Assembly: GCA_030600555.1 (NCBI GenBank) | Contig: JAUVLW010000001.1 | Span: 6,411-70,410 of the forward strand | Length of the DNA: 64,000 nucleotides | Source of the DNA: Candidatus Aenigmatarchaeota archaeon | GTDB lineage: Archaea > Aenigmatarchaeota > Aenigmatarchaeia > QMZS01 | Direction: 5' to 3' | Shown: piece after piece, positions 18,887 to 28,028 of the stretch | Layout of the letters: each line of letters begins with the position of its first letter | How positions within the stretch are numbered: position 1 is the stretch's first letter | The notes under the pieces: model-generated | What the model was told of the DNA's origin: nothing | The model's input: only the letters and a program-made list of their open reading frames with translations | Database searches by the model: none | Program-made: the position numbers and the translations under genes

Positions 18887-18920
18887 ATTAGGGAAGAATT
18901 AATTAAATAAGTTATCAATT

Positions 18921-20003
18921 ATGAGTACTCAGGAAAATTTTTATGATGTAATTGTTGTTGGTGCAGGACCTGGCGGAAGCGCAGCCGCCGAGAAATGCGC
19001 TGGACATGGACTAAAAACTCTGCTAATTGAAAAAGAAAAACTTCCGCGGGACAAACCATGCGGTGGTTTGTGTATTGATTATCTAAAAGAACTCATTGAA
19101 TTGTATGGTTCTGAAATTAATGATATCGTTGAGGGAAGGACGGAGATATTAAAAGTGTATCTTAACCAGAATATTGTATTTTCAAAAAATTATCCAATAG
19201 ATTCATTCTTGCGAAAGAAACTTGATTATTTTATTACAAACAAAGCAATTAAATCTGGGGCAAATGTGATTGACAATTGTGCAGTAAATAATATTGTAAT
19301 TGGTAGGAACAAAGTGCAGGTTTCTACGGAAAAAGGACTGTTTAATTCAAAAATAATTATCGGCGCAGACGGAGTAAATAGTATTGTTGCAAAGAAGACA
19401 GGATTAAATGAGGGTTGGAATAAAAATGATGTCTCGCTTGCAATGGAGTCTGAGATAAAAATGAGCAGCAAAGAAATTGAAAAAAGATTTGGAAATTGCA
19501 TTTTTATATATACTTATTCCAATTTCCTCGGATATGAATGGGTTATACCAAAAAAGGGATGCGTCAATATCGGGCTTGGAACTTCTGTATCCAGATCCCG
19601 TAATCTAAAAGAACGATTTGAGGATTTGGCTAAACGATTGAATATTAAAGTGAAACCAGCAGATATCAAAGCGCACATGATACCTTTGAATTTACTTAAA
19701 AAAACTTATAAAGAGAGAGTGCTTTTGTGCGGAGATGCAGGCGGATTCGTATATCCTCTTATGGGAGCTGGCATTGAAACGGCTATCAGAAGTGGCAGGG
19801 CTGCTGCTGACCTATGCAACGAAGCTGTAGAAAATAATGATTTTTCTTTAAAGAGATTTAAAAAATATGAAACCTATTGTGATTATTTTGTTAAAGAGAT
19901 AAAAAAGAGTAGATTGCAGTTAAGTATCTTTGAATTTTGCCTGAAATACAAATTGCTAAACCGTTTTTTGATAACCAGACTTTTTAGATCTATGGTGAGG
20001 TGA
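18921..20003 (+). CDS. Geranylgeranyl reductase family FAD-dependent oxidoreductase
   Basis: VVGAGPGG, PRDKPCGG, IGADGVNS, GYEWVIPK, GDAGGFVYPLMGAGI. Confidence 0.92.
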   Translation: MSTQENFYDVIVVGAGPGGSAAAEKCAGHGLKTLLIEKEKLPRDKPCGGLCIDYLKELIELYGSEINDIVEGRTEILKVYLNQNIVFSKNYPIDSFLRKKLDYFITNKAIKSGANVIDNCAVNNIVIGRNKVQVSTEKGLFNSKIIIGADGVNSIVAKKTGLNEGWNKNDVSLAMESEIKMSSKEIEKRFGNCIFIYTYSNFLGYEWVIPKKGCVNIGLGTSVSRSRNLKERFEDLAKRLNIKVKPADIKAHMIPLNLLKKTYKERVLLCGDAGGFVYPLMGAGIETAIRSGRAAADLCNEAVENNDFSLKRFKKYETYCDYFVKEIKKSRLQLSIFEFCLKYKLLNRFLITRLFRSMVR

Positions 20004-20084
20004 ACTCCCTTTCCATTGTTTGAACTATTTTATAATTTCCCCTCAAAATTATTAACTTACTTAAAATTATAATTATAATAATTT

Positions 20085-20843
20085 ATGAAACTTGAATCAC
20101 CAGAATTAATAGCAGATCTTTTATCAAAAGACCGGAGAATAGATACCCGGAAACTGAATGAAACAAGGAAAATAGAATATAAAGTTAATTTTGTGAAAAA
20201 AGCAGAGGGGAGTTGTTATCTTTCTATGGGAAATACAAAAGTTGTTGTTGGAATTAAATTTGGCACAATGACCCCTTACCCGGACTCACCTGATAAGGGA
20301 GGTTTAATGGTTACTATTAATTATGCGCCAATTATCTGGAAGGAATTGTCAGCAAACTCAGATATTGAGATATCTCGGGTGCTTGACAGGAGCATAAGAG
20401 AGAGCAAAATGCTGGATTTAAAAGAATTCTGCGTGACAGAAGGAGAAAAAGCATTTCAGGTGTTTATAGACTGCTATGTGATGAATTATGATGGAAATCT
20501 TCTTGAAGCTCTTAATTTGGCAACCGTGAAAGCTTTAATGAACATGAATATGCCAAAACTTGAAGAAAATGACAAAATTGGGATTTCAGACAAAAAAATT
20601 GAGTTAAAATCAAAACCTGTGCTTGTAATGGTATCAGGACTTAATGACAAATACCTGTTTGATTTGAACCAATCTGAGGAAGGTGGTGTTGATTTTTCAA
20701 TTTCAATTTCATATCTTGATGAAAACACAATCTGCGCAATGCAGAAAACAGGGATTAAAGGAATTCCTGTGAGTAAAATGGATGAAATTTTCAAAATCGG
20801 AGCAGAGAAACAGAAGGAATTGAGGAAGATTTTAGATGAATAA
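20085..20843 (+). CDS. rrp42: Exosome complex component Rrp42
   Basis: RIDTR, AEGSCYLSMGNTKVVVGIK, PYPDSP, RVLDRSIRES, YDGNL, AMQKTG. Confidence 0.92.
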   Translation: MKLESPELIADLLSKDRRIDTRKLNETRKIEYKVNFVKKAEGSCYLSMGNTKVVVGIKFGTMTPYPDSPDKGGLMVTINYAPIIWKELSANSDIEISRVLDRSIRESKMLDLKEFCVTEGEKAFQVFIDCYVMNYDGNLLEALNLATVKALMNMNMPKLEENDKIGISDKKIELKSKPVLVMVSGLNDKYLFDLNQSEEGGVDFSISISYLDENTICAMQKTGIKGIPVSKMDEIFKIGAEKQKELRKILDE

Positions 20844-20963
20844 TTTTTTATTTAATGAATTATTTTGTATATTGAGTTAAGTATTTAATAGGAATGTGTT
20901 TTGAAATACCTAATTAAAAATAAATGAAAATATTTTCCAATTAAAAATAATTCTAAAAAGTAA

Positions 20964-21662
20964 TTACAATCTTCTTCCTCTCCTACCCCCTTTCTTCCTC
21001 ATGTATCCATGAATCACTGGAGTTGAATCTTCAATTATGTTTATTTTTAAATCTGACCTTGAAATTGCTTTGATTGCTGATTGGGACCCTTTTCCAACTG
21101 ATGATGATTTATGTCCTCCTGGAGCCCTGATTCTTATATCAACCTCAGTAATTCCTCTTTCCAAAGTTTCTTTTACAACCCTTTGGGCCGCAAGCATTCC
21201 CTGAAATGAAGCGCTTTTTAATCTATCTGCTTTTGTAATCATACCCCCGGAAACTCTAGAGATTGTTTCTGCTCCAGTAATGTCAGTAACATGAAGTATT
21301 GTGTTATTTCCGCTTGAATAAATATGAATTACGCCTTTTTGACTTTCCTGTTTTTTTGGTTTGCTTTTAACTTCTTCAATAACCTCTTTTTTCTCTGATT
21401 TTTGGGTTTTTTTTACATTTTCTTCTGTTTTGACCTCATTTTTAATTTTAACTTTTTCTTCAACTTTAGAATCTTTTTTATATTCAGTTTTAATTTTTTC
21501 TTCTGTTTTGACCTTTTCTATCTCTTTAATTTTAACCTCTTTGGATTCGGTGTTTTCTTTTAAATCAGATTCCGGTTTAGTTTTAATTACTTCTTCTGTT
21601 TTCTCAGCTATTCCCGCTTTTTCATCCATTTTCACTTCGTTATTTTCTTTAGGCATAAACAT
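20964..21662 (-). CDS. rps11: 30S ribosomal protein S11 with a long Lys/Glu-rich N-terminal extension
   Basis: HIYSSGNNTILHVTDITGAET, IEDSTPVIH, RKKGGRRGRRL. Confidence 0.95.
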   Translation of the reverse strand: MFMPKENNEVKMDEKAGIAEKTEEVIKTKPESDLKENTESKEVKIKEIEKVKTEEKIKTEYKKDSKVEEKVKIKNEVKTEENVKKTQKSEKKEVIEEVKSKPKKQESQKGVIHIYSSGNNTILHVTDITGAETISRVSGGMITKADRLKSASFQGMLAAQRVVKETLERGITEVDIRIRAPGGHKSSSVGKGSQSAIKAISRSDLKINIIEDSTPVIHGYMRKKGGRRGRRL

Positions 21663-21714
21663 AAAATAAAATTAAAAATAAAGGACTATAAAAGTTTAAT
21701 TAGAACTAATTATA

Positions 21715-21858
21715 ATGGACACAAGAAAGAAAGAATTGCCTGCGCAGTGCAGACGGTGCAAATCAACAAGCGGAGTGATAACAAAATATAACCTGTATTA
21801 TTGCAGACATTGTTTCAGGGAAATTGCAACCAGAATCGGATTTAAGAAATACGATTAA
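21715..21858 (+). CDS. rps14: 30S ribosomal protein S14 (Zn type); absent from the ORF track
   Basis: MDTRKKELPAQCRRCKSTSGVITKYNLYYCRHCFREIATRIGFKKYD. Confidence 0.95.
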   Translation: MDTRKKELPAQCRRCKSTSGVITKYNLYYCRHCFREIATRIGFKKYD

Positions 21859-21900
21859 TTATTGCGAATTTTTAGATTATATATAAAAGGCTAGTATATT

Positions 21901-22305
21901 ATGCCCGAAGTAAATCAGAATGCTTTAGTTGTGCAGGAATTAGTAAGAAGAGCTAATTCACACACGCAAAGATTGAGAACTGTTGATGAACAGATGAGGC
22001 AGATTAATTCCAAACTTAGCAATGAAGAGCAACACAGATTGAAAATGAGTAAATTAAATACTGAAAAATTTGAGAAAATTATAGAAGATCTTGAGGGTAT
22101 TGATAATAAGATAAGCGACCTTAAAAATGAGCTTGTGAAAGTTCATGAAAAAGAAAAAGGTTTTGTAAAAGAAAAAGAAATAAATACAATTAAGAAGGAG
22201 ATGGAATTATTGTCTCCGATGAAACACGAGTTTGTGACCTGGAATGAATTAAACCGGGAAGTTAAAAAATTGAAAGATGAGTTTAAAATTGCCGTTCGGC
22301 CATAA
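21901..22305 (+). CDS. Coiled-coil hypothetical protein
   Basis: 134-aa heptad-rich ORF. Confidence 0.75.
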   Translation: MPEVNQNALVVQELVRRANSHTQRLRTVDEQMRQINSKLSNEEQHRLKMSKLNTEKFEKIIEDLEGIDNKISDLKNELVKVHEKEKGFVKEKEINTIKKEMELLSPMKHEFVTWNELNREVKKLKDEFKIAVRP

Positions 22306-23053
22306 GGGGGAAGAAATGGGAAGTATTCCGATTAAGGAAGTTACTTTGTTGAGAAAGCAGGGTAAATCTGATAGAGAAGTAATTACCAAATTAAAAGCGC
22401 AGGGATTTTCTTTTCAGGCAATTGAAAAAGCAATGTTGCATGTTTTAAAATCAGGTGTTGGGAATTCAAATGATCCTATCTCACAACCTGGAATGAGACC
22501 TCCTCAGAATTTTGGGCAACCACCTCAGGTAATTCCGCAGCAACCCCCAGGTATGCAACCTCCGCAACAAGGTTCCCCGCAGTTACCGCAAAGAGAGCAG
22601 GTAAATTTTGGAAGGCAGGCTCAGCCAGCCCAGGGAACTCAGGAATTAATGCCAGAACAGAAACTTGGATTTTCCGGCATGCAGGAACCAAGTCTTGAGA
22701 TGCAATCTGAACCAACTGATTTAATAGAAGAAATTGTTGAGGGTGTTGTTGAAGAAAAATTTGAGAAATTGGATACTAAATTTGAATTTATACAAAAAAA
22801 TCAGGAAAAACTAAAAGAAGAAATTGAGGCAATGAAAATTTTGTTGACAAATGAAGTTCAAAAAGTGGAGAAATTAGTTGAGGGGTCCAAAGAAGAAACC
22901 AATAAATTGGATGATGAAATAGAAACAATAGATATTAAATGCGCGGCTCTTGAAAGAGCATTCAAACAATTTTTGCCAGACCTTGCGGAGAAAGTTAGGT
23001 CAAAGACTTTGAAACAACAGGGGGTTGAGGTTGTTAATGAAGAGATGAAATAA
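22277..23053 (+). CDS. Hypothetical protein with Gln/Pro-rich linker and C-terminal coiled coil
   Basis: PPQ-rich middle, EEIVEGVVEEKF, heptad C-terminus. Confidence 0.8.
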   Translation: MSLKLPFGHKGEEMGSIPIKEVTLLRKQGKSDREVITKLKAQGFSFQAIEKAMLHVLKSGVGNSNDPISQPGMRPPQNFGQPPQVIPQQPPGMQPPQQGSPQLPQREQVNFGRQAQPAQGTQELMPEQKLGFSGMQEPSLEMQSEPTDLIEEIVEGVVEEKFEKLDTKFEFIQKNQEKLKEEIEAMKILLTNEVQKVEKLVEGSKEETNKLDDEIETIDIKCAALERAFKQFLPDLAEKVRSKTLKQQGVEVVNEEMK

Positions 23054-23142
23054 TCTTTTAATAAACAGATGAAATAATTATTTGAGGAATAAATATTAAA
23101 ATAAACTGGAATAAAAAATCCAACCAACAGCTATTGAAATAA

Positions 23143-23466
23143 TTAGTGCTCAATAAATTTCATTTTATATTTCCCTAACAGAATATCATTCCCGCTGTGA
23201 AGTTCAACAGGCCGATAAGAATCCAATTCTTCAGTCATAGAAAAATCCTTGCCATAACGCGTTAATTTAGTTCTGTTTTTAGAATCCAAATCTTCCAGAT
23301 AATAAATTTCATTTTCTGTAAAGATTTCTGCGTGTCTTCCTGAAACAGTTTTTAAAATTTCTTTATTTCCTTTTAGAATTATATCGCAGGTTCCATTTGT
23401 TCCTATAATAACTTTAGCGTAAACATCGTAGATTTTATTATCTTCTAAATCAAATAAGATTGCCAT
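23143..23466 (-). CDS. FHA domain protein
   Basis: IIG, VSGRHAEI, LEDLDSKNRT, LHSGNDILLG. Confidence 0.88.
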   Translation of the reverse strand: MAILFDLEDNKIYDVYAKVIIGTNGTCDIILKGNKEILKTVSGRHAEIFTENEIYYLEDLDSKNRTKLTRYGKDFSMTEELDSYRPVELHSGNDILLGKYKMKFIEH

Positions 23467-23553
23467 ATATGATTATTATATAAAAGTAAATATTGCTTAA
23501 AAATAAAACATATCTTGAAAAAGTTTATTATATGAGAATTATCAGAATATATT

Positions 23554-25374
23554 ATGGATTCTATGACTTTAGATGAAGCTATAAATAAATTTAAGAAGTT
23601 TGATAATGATTTACCTGAAAAATTTAGAATCTCCAGGCAGGATATACTTAATGGGGATGTTAAAAAATTAATTAAAGCCTATCGAATATTGGCTATGAAA
23701 TATCACCCAGATAGGAATTCATTACCTGAAGCAGAAGAAAAATTTAAGGAAATGAAGTCAGTTTATGAATTTTTAATAGTGGAAGCTGAATATTACCAAG
23801 AGAAAAAAAAAGTAAGTGATCCAGAAGAAGCAAAAAGAGAAAAATCAAAAGAGAAAAAGACTTACGATGATCAGGATACTTTTGAAGAGAAAATTATTGA
23901 TTTGGAAAAACAACGAGAGCAGGGATCAGTCCAAAAGATAATTAATATGTTAACTGGAAAGTCAACACAAGGAGGCGCAATATCTAAAGGGGAACTCCAG
24001 AAAATAGTAAAAAGAATACGAAGAAAAAAAATCCCTTTGATTAAAGATGAAAAACAACGTTTTGAATATCAAAATAAATTATATTTAATAACAAAAATAT
24101 ATAAATTAATAAAAGGCGGCAGGTTTGATGAAAGTAAATCTTTGGAATGTTTTAATAGGTTAATGGATTTGGAAACCAGCATTGATAATGTTTTGATGGC
24201 TCAGGAATTGGAGGGGATAGAAAAATCACCAATGATAAGACCTGATTATGGAGTGACTTCCGTAATCAAAGAAAGAAAAACTGAAACAGAACCTTCGAAA
24301 GAACCGCTTCAACTTGGACCTGGACCAAAACCCGGAGAATATTCCCCAATTATAAGACCTGATTATACAGGAACTTCAAGACCAAAAGGTGAAGGACCTG
24401 TAATAACACCACCACCAAAAAAACCTCTCCAACTAGGTCCAGAAGTTTCTGAACCCGAACCAAACCCGGAACCCGAGCCAAAAACAAAAAAACAGAAAAC
24501 TAGAGGAACTGGAATTCCCAGAAATCTTTGGATACCTTTATTACAATTCTTCGCATTCATTCTCGGAATTTACCTGCTTTTATTTACTCCTTACTGGATT
24601 TTCGGTTTGCCTTTGGTGATTGCGGGTATTCTGCTTTTAATTGGGGTCCAAAGCGAGAGAGAAGGTTTAAGAGAACTTTTTGATTGGTTCCTGCATGATG
24701 ATACAGGGAATAAATGGGGGATGATTCTTGTGGTTGGAATAGGGAGTTTAATTGTATATTTTCAACTTGGTCCTATAATTGCTGCAATACCCCTTTTAGT
24801 AATATTTACCTATTTCGCGTTTGGAAAAAAAGTTGTTGGTGATGGACATTTTGTTGAATATGTTACTGGACTGAGCGGAGCAACGATTGTATTGTACTAT
24901 TTTTTTGGATATTATGTTGCTGCAATACCTCTTTTGTTGGTGATTATAGCCAAGATATTTGGGAGAACTGCGCTCGGTGAACATTTTACTGAATTTATAA
25001 TGACTGGGACAGGAATTGTTCTTTTCATTGGAGGCGCCCAGTATGCGGCATCTTATCTTTATGTTACTTTTTCATGGCCTTTATTGGTGGGATTTGGTCT
25101 TTTCAATGCAATGCTCTTGATAGCATTATGGTCGATGGAAGAAGGTGGTGGAAATGCAGAAAAAGATAAAGCCGAAACTGAAGAGGCTAGAGCAGCGACA
25201 AAATATTATGAAAGTAAGATGGATAGACAGGATAAAAATTTGGATGAATGGAAGGAAGGTGCTGAGAAAGAAAAATTAAAAACAGAGAAGGAAGTGGCTG
25301 AGGAGGAAAAAAAAGCCGCAAAAGCAAAGACAGATGCTGCAGAAGCGGAAGAAGAAGTTGCTAAAGAAAACTAA
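23554..25374 (+). CDS. J-domain membrane protein (DnaJ domain, Pro-rich linker, multi-TM region, charged tail)
   Basis: KAYRILAMKYHPDRN..AEEKFKE; PEPEP linker; about 8 hydrophobic helices. Confidence 0.85.
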   Translation: MDSMTLDEAINKFKKFDNDLPEKFRISRQDILNGDVKKLIKAYRILAMKYHPDRNSLPEAEEKFKEMKSVYEFLIVEAEYYQEKKKVSDPEEAKREKSKEKKTYDDQDTFEEKIIDLEKQREQGSVQKIINMLTGKSTQGGAISKGELQKIVKRIRRKKIPLIKDEKQRFEYQNKLYLITKIYKLIKGGRFDESKSLECFNRLMDLETSIDNVLMAQELEGIEKSPMIRPDYGVTSVIKERKTETEPSKEPLQLGPGPKPGEYSPIIRPDYTGTSRPKGEGPVITPPPKKPLQLGPEVSEPEPNPEPEPKTKKQKTRGTGIPRNLWIPLLQFFAFILGIYLLLFTPYWIFGLPLVIAGILLLIGVQSEREGLRELFDWFLHDDTGNKWGMILVVGIGSLIVYFQLGPIIAAIPLLVIFTYFAFGKKVVGDGHFVEYVTGLSGATIVLYYFFGYYVAAIPLLLVIIAKIFGRTALGEHFTEFIMTGTGIVLFIGGAQYAASYLYVTFSWPLLVGFGLFNAMLLIALWSMEEGGGNAEKDKAETEEARAATKYYESKMDRQDKNLDEWKEGAEKEKLKTEKEVAEEEKKAAKAKTDAAEAEEEVAKEN

Positions 25375-25524
25375 AATGACAAAAAATAATTCAATTGGGA
25401 AAATCCAAAAAAATGAAGAGATGATGAAAGAAAAAAATTTAGTTGGGAAAAAAACTTTTCAGACAAAATCTGAAAAAATGTTTTGTAAAGAGAAAAATAT
25501 TATATTTGAAAAACACGCGAAAAT

Positions 25525-27324
25525 ATGAAAGGTGGATTTAGACTTGAACCCGGGTATATAATGAAATCCGCGTTATGCGGTTTCCTTATTGCATTTAATA
25601 CAGTCCTGTTCATGAATTATTTCCTTGATATAAATATCTACGGCGGAAGTTTGTTGTGGTTTGGTTTAATAGATGCGGCTCTTATTTTATTAGTTGCTTA
25701 TCCATTTAGAGAAGGCGGCGTAATTGCAATAACAATAATATTTTTGGTTTTTGGGTATGCGCTTTATGGACCTTATGCTGAATATTTAGCCGGACCTGTT
25801 AGCGGAATTAAAGAGAGTATGTCGGATATGCCTGAATTGGCGGAGAAACAAATGCACTGTATGATGTTGATTTTCACAAACCCAATGGCTTACCAGCAGG
25901 AATGCGGACCTGATCAGGAAAAAGTAATTGAAGAGGACCCTGAAGATTTTGGTCTGGAGATTGTAGACTTTGAAGTGCTGCCGGATATTGAAATCTATGC
26001 GAAAATGCCAATACAAATACGAACTGTGCTTGAGAATATGGGTGATTATCCTGCGATTAATGTGATGATAAGCAGCGTTGGTGAAAAATTCAGGAACTGT
26101 GAGGTGGAAGTTCTTAATATCAGCAAGGTTTCCGGGGAATCTATTGATAATTTAAGATTAGGTCAGACGCATCATTATAATATGATGGGTAAAGTAAATG
26201 ATCCTTGGAAAGGAGATGGAGAATGCATTTATGCGCAAAACAAAATGGGGCTTGATGGAACAATAGAGACAACTTGTTCTTATGATTACCAGACCGAATC
26301 TTATCTTGAATTGGAAGCAGTTAGAAATATGAATGAAGTTAAGAAATTTGAAGTTGTTTCTGCAAGGGAAAAAGCCGCCCCAGCAAATGTATTAATGTTC
26401 ACTTTTATTCCTTTGATATGGAAACTTATTGAGGATGGTGAAGAAGGTTCAGTTGAAGGTTACAGGGAAGCAATAATACCAATAAGTTTCCAGAATGAGA
26501 GACAGAAAGATAAAATTGGTTTGAGAGGTGAAAATTTGTATTATACGGTGTATATGGATAATGATCATGAGGCATCTGTTTGGTGCAATGAAGTATGTTC
26601 AGAAGTAAATGAACCTGAATGCATGACGGATTGCCTTGCTAGTTATAGTAAAGAAGATTCTAAACCCCACCATTGCGAAGAGTATGCAACAGGAGAATTG
26701 TTAAAAGGAGTACCTATTGATACTTGCGGCAGTTATAGAGGAGCTCCTAGTTATAATAGTGAAGAATATGTTAGTTGCACAATGAGGGAAGAAATTGCTG
26801 CAAGCGGGGAAGATGATTGCAAGAATAAAACCGGAACTGCAATAACAAACCAAGACGGCAGTTATTGGTTCTGCGCAAATTCTAAAGATAAAAAAATAAG
26901 TATTAAATTTAGCGAGGAACTGGATTGTAAACTTGCCCGAGGCGTGGTAATTTATGAAGTGGAAGGCAATTATAAAAGAGGAAGTGGAGATAAAATCACT
27001 TTATCTATTGTGGGTGAGCAAGCGAAAGAATTTGTGGAATTAAGATGCGATGATTCAATAGAAGTTTCAGAAGATGATGTTGTTAGATGCGATGAGGTGG
27101 ATGGTGAGATTAATCTGGTCTGGTTAAATAATGATCTGGAATTAAAGAAAGGAGAGAAGAGGTTTGTGTATTCAGGTGTGATTATTTCTTTAAATGACTG
27201 GCCTGAAGAATCAACAAAAATGAATTTTGGTGTAAAATCCCACGCAACCTATAGGGTTACGATTACAAAAACAAATACTTTCAAAGTCAATAATCCTTAT
27301 TATACCAGTTCGCCTGTTGATTGA
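25525..27324 (+). CDS. Membrane-anchored protein with a large Cys-rich extracellular domain
   Basis: 3 N-terminal TMs, then a beta-rich acidic region with many Cys. Confidence 0.8.
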   Translation: MKGGFRLEPGYIMKSALCGFLIAFNTVLFMNYFLDINIYGGSLLWFGLIDAALILLVAYPFREGGVIAITIIFLVFGYALYGPYAEYLAGPVSGIKESMSDMPELAEKQMHCMMLIFTNPMAYQQECGPDQEKVIEEDPEDFGLEIVDFEVLPDIEIYAKMPIQIRTVLENMGDYPAINVMISSVGEKFRNCEVEVLNISKVSGESIDNLRLGQTHHYNMMGKVNDPWKGDGECIYAQNKMGLDGTIETTCSYDYQTESYLELEAVRNMNEVKKFEVVSAREKAAPANVLMFTFIPLIWKLIEDGEEGSVEGYREAIIPISFQNERQKDKIGLRGENLYYTVYMDNDHEASVWCNEVCSEVNEPECMTDCLASYSKEDSKPHHCEEYATGELLKGVPIDTCGSYRGAPSYNSEEYVSCTMREEIAASGEDDCKNKTGTAITNQDGSYWFCANSKDKKISIKFSEELDCKLARGVVIYEVEGNYKRGSGDKITLSIVGEQAKEFVELRCDDSIEVSEDDVVRCDEVDGEINLVWLNNDLELKKGEKRFVYSGVIISLNDWPEESTKMNFGVKSHATYRVTITKTNTFKVNNPYYTSSPVD

Positions 27325-27356
27325 TATGTTATTTATTATTTTGTAAAAATAAATTT

Positions 27357-27893
27357 ATGGTGACTCAGAAGGAAATTATTGATTTAGTCGAAGGTAATTA
27401 TTCTGCGAAAGTTTACCGAGAATATTCAAATCCACCAACATATATAGAAATGAATGGTGTGGATATATCGCTTTATCCTGAATTTCCATTAAATTTTGGA
27501 TTAAATATATTATATGAAAATTTAGTGGGCTGTCATCTTAAACACCCTAAAACAATAGAACCTGATACAAATTTTAAAGTAAAAGGGATTGATATTGAAG
27601 CGCCTGCAAACTATAGGGTTTTTGTTGAACAAGGAGATTGTTTAAAAGAATTTCTTGATTTAACGGCTGATAAAAGAAATTTATATCCTGTAAAGTATCT
27701 TGAGGGTGAAATAATTGATTTAAAAAAGGAAGAATTTGATGAAGAGAAATTCCTGAAAATTGTTAATTCTTTCCATGAAATAGGAGATATGGTACTTAAG
27801 ATGGACGAAAGAAAAGAAGCTGAAGAAAAAGAAGAACGCAAGTGGAGGCAGAAACATAATTTTGGAAAGTATGAATCTTGGCTAAAAGAGTAA
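27357..27893 (+). CDS. Hypothetical protein
   Basis: ORF from MVTQKEII. Confidence 0.65.
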   Translation: MVTQKEIIDLVEGNYSAKVYREYSNPPTYIEMNGVDISLYPEFPLNFGLNILYENLVGCHLKHPKTIEPDTNFKVKGIDIEAPANYRVFVEQGDCLKEFLDLTADKRNLYPVKYLEGEIIDLKKEEFDEEKFLKIVNSFHEIGDMVLKMDERKEAEEKEERKWRQKHNFGKYESWLKE

Positions 27894-27953
27894 ATTATTA
27901 CCCTAAATCCGAAAATTTCTTATATAAATATTAAATTAATTATATTATACTAT

Positions 27954-28015
27954 CCGTATTCTTAACGGTTTATTGCTGATTCTTTTATCAGATTTATGTT
28001 CTAAACCGTTTACGG
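27954..28015 (+). promoter_or_regulatory. Structured 5' leader of the aCPSF1 gene
   Basis: Nested stems CCGTA/TACGG, AACGGTTTA/TAAACCGTT, CTGAT/ATCAG ending 13 nt before the ATG. Confidence 0.65.
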
Positions 28016-28028
28016 CAGTTGTTTAAAT

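Noticed and set aside
25334-25528. 64-aa Lys-rich ORF bridging the J-domain and Cys-rich genes
   Set aside because: A-rich low-complexity sequence with no recognisable motif; cannot support it as a gene or as a frameshifted link
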